This document shows, one piece after another, positions 43,837 to 44,893 of a DNA stretch of 44,893 nucleotides. This stretch comes from a virus (Duplodnaviria > Heunggongvirae > Uroviricota > Caudoviricetes): IMG/VR virus record IMGVR_UViG_3300008261_001827, positions 1 to 44,893 of that record. The stretch is one strand, 5' to 3'. The position numbers were made by a program, and so were the translations under genes. The notes under the pieces were generated by a model that saw nothing but the letters and a program-made list of their open reading frames with translations, made no database searches and was not told where the DNA came from. Every line of letters begins with the position of its first letter. The first letter of the stretch is position 1.

Positions 43837-44893
43837 TGAGTGACGGCTATCTTGGTAATATACACTTAAAGAAAACTGGCGAACCTATTGAGTGGACCGC
43901 AGATCTCATTAAGGAATATATGAAATGCGCAGAGGATCCAGTTTATTTCGCAAAGAAGTATATTAAGATCGTTCACGTCGATAGAGGTCTCATACCTCTT
44001 GAGATGTACGAGTATCAGAAAGAGATTGTTGAGAAGATAACGAACAACCGTCGACTCGCTGTTCTAACCGCTCGCCAGTCTGGTAAAACGACAACTGCTG
44101 TGGCTGTGATCCTTCACTATATTCTCTTTAACGAGTTTAAGACTGTTGCAATTCTCGCAAATAAAGGTGACGCCGCGAGAGAAGTTCTTGCACGTATTAA
44201 ACTTGCATATGAAGCTCTACCTAAGTGGCTTCAACAAGGTATCGAAGAATGGAACAAAGGTAACATCGCTCTAGAGAACGGATGTAACGTTCTTGCTGGC
44301 ACTACATCTTCGTCTGCTATTCGTGGTAAGTCTGTGAACTTCCTCTATCTAGACGAAGTCGCGTTCATTGAAGGATACGACGAGTTCTTCGCGTCGGTCT
44401 ATCCTACTATCTCGTCAGGCGAGTCTACAAAGCTTCTAATGACGTCTACGCCAAATGGATTAAACCACTTCTGGAAAACTTGTAAGGGAGCCGAGGAAGG
44501 AACTAACGGTTACGAATATGTTAAAGTTATGTGGTATGACGTTCCTGGCAGAGACGAAAAGTGGAGACAAGAAACTATCGAGTCGTTGGATCACGACGAA
44601 GAGAAGTTCAATCAAGAATATTGCTGTCAGTTCCTCGGTTCTTCGGGTACTCTTATATCTGGTGCAAAACTAAAGGATCTTGCATACTCAATACCACTAT
44701 ATGCAAACGAAGGTCTTTATCAATACGAAAAACCGATTGGAAATCACATATACATAATGACGGTCGACGTATCGCGTGGTAAGGGTCTTGACTACTCAAC
44801 GTTTAACGTGATAGACGTAACATCCATGCCTTATAAACAGGTGTGCACCTTTAGAGACAACTATGTCTCTCCGGTTGACTTTGCTGCCGTCAT
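43836..44893 (+). CDS. gp17: Terminase large subunit gp17 (truncated at window end; absent from the ORF track)
   Basis: Manual translation MSDGYLGNIHLKK...; Walker A ARQSGKT, Walker B LYLDEVAF, TSTPNG, nuclease-domain TVDVSRGKGLDYS. Confidence 0.95.
   Translation, partial: MSDGYLGNIHLKKTGEPIEWTADLIKEYMKCAEDPVYFAKKYIKIVHVDRGLIPLEMYEYQKEIVEKITNNRRLAVLTARQSGKTTTAVAVILHYILFNEFKTVAILANKGDAAREVLARIKLAYEALPKWLQQGIEEWNKGNIALENGCNVLAGTTSSSAIRGKSVNFLYLDEVAFIEGYDEFFASVYPTISSGESTKLLMTSTPNGLNHFWKTCKGAEEGTNGYEYVKVMWYDVPGRDEKWRQETIESLDHDEEKFNQEYCCQFLGSSGTLISGAKLKDLAYSIPLYANEGLYQYEKPIGNHIYIMTVDVSRGKGLDYSTFNVIDVTSMPYKQVCTFRDNYVSPVDFAAV

Noticed and set aside
144-44782. Short minus-strand and nested ORFs in the six-frame track
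   Set aside because: All lie within well-supported + strand genes and show no recognisable motifs
43836-44893. Intron, intein or homing endonuclease in the terminase
   Set aside because: Manual translation is continuous and collinear with gp17 motifs up to the window end
1-44893. Stop-codon reassignment, tRNA genes or integrase/transposase
   Set aside because: Genes are full length in the standard code and end in TAA, TGA or TAG; no cloverleaf or recombinase motifs were seen

Overview
Late/structural region of a large T4-like myophage, with every credible gene on the + strand. From 5' to 3': (1) six paralogous 7-bladed RCC1 beta-propeller genes arranged 3 + DUF4376 + 3; (2) a glycan synthesis/modification island at 9.3-20.2 kb (split HldE kinase and adenylyltransferase, HldD, RmlB-like dehydratase, two GT9-like and two GT2-like transferases, a sulfotransferase, methyltransferases, a cupin); (3) fibre/virion genes at 20.3-31.9 kb, including a 1700-aa Thr/Gln-rich collagen-like fibre with a C-terminal S74 chaperone; (4) a second modification island at 31.9-39.4 kb (two GH130/GT108-like propellers, TPR fusions, a GT17-like/2OG-Fe(II) fusion, FkbM methyltransferases, a cytidylyltransferase-cupin fusion); (5) gp13, gp14, an inserted fibre-like gene, gp15, gp16 and the 5' part of gp17. 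Three signals stand out. The 42 RCC1 blades have a constant framework with hypervariable loops and share identical DNA blocks between genes, suggesting a recombining receptor repertoire. Both modification islands start at T4-type late-promoter motifs (exact for island 1, variant for island 2) and end at the same perfect minus-strand TTGACA-N16-TATAAT promoter, followed by a late promoter placed in an RBS-occluding hairpin. The enzyme set and its position suggest the phage glycosylates, possibly heptosylates, its own virion. All family assignments come from motif recognition by eye; no database searches were run.
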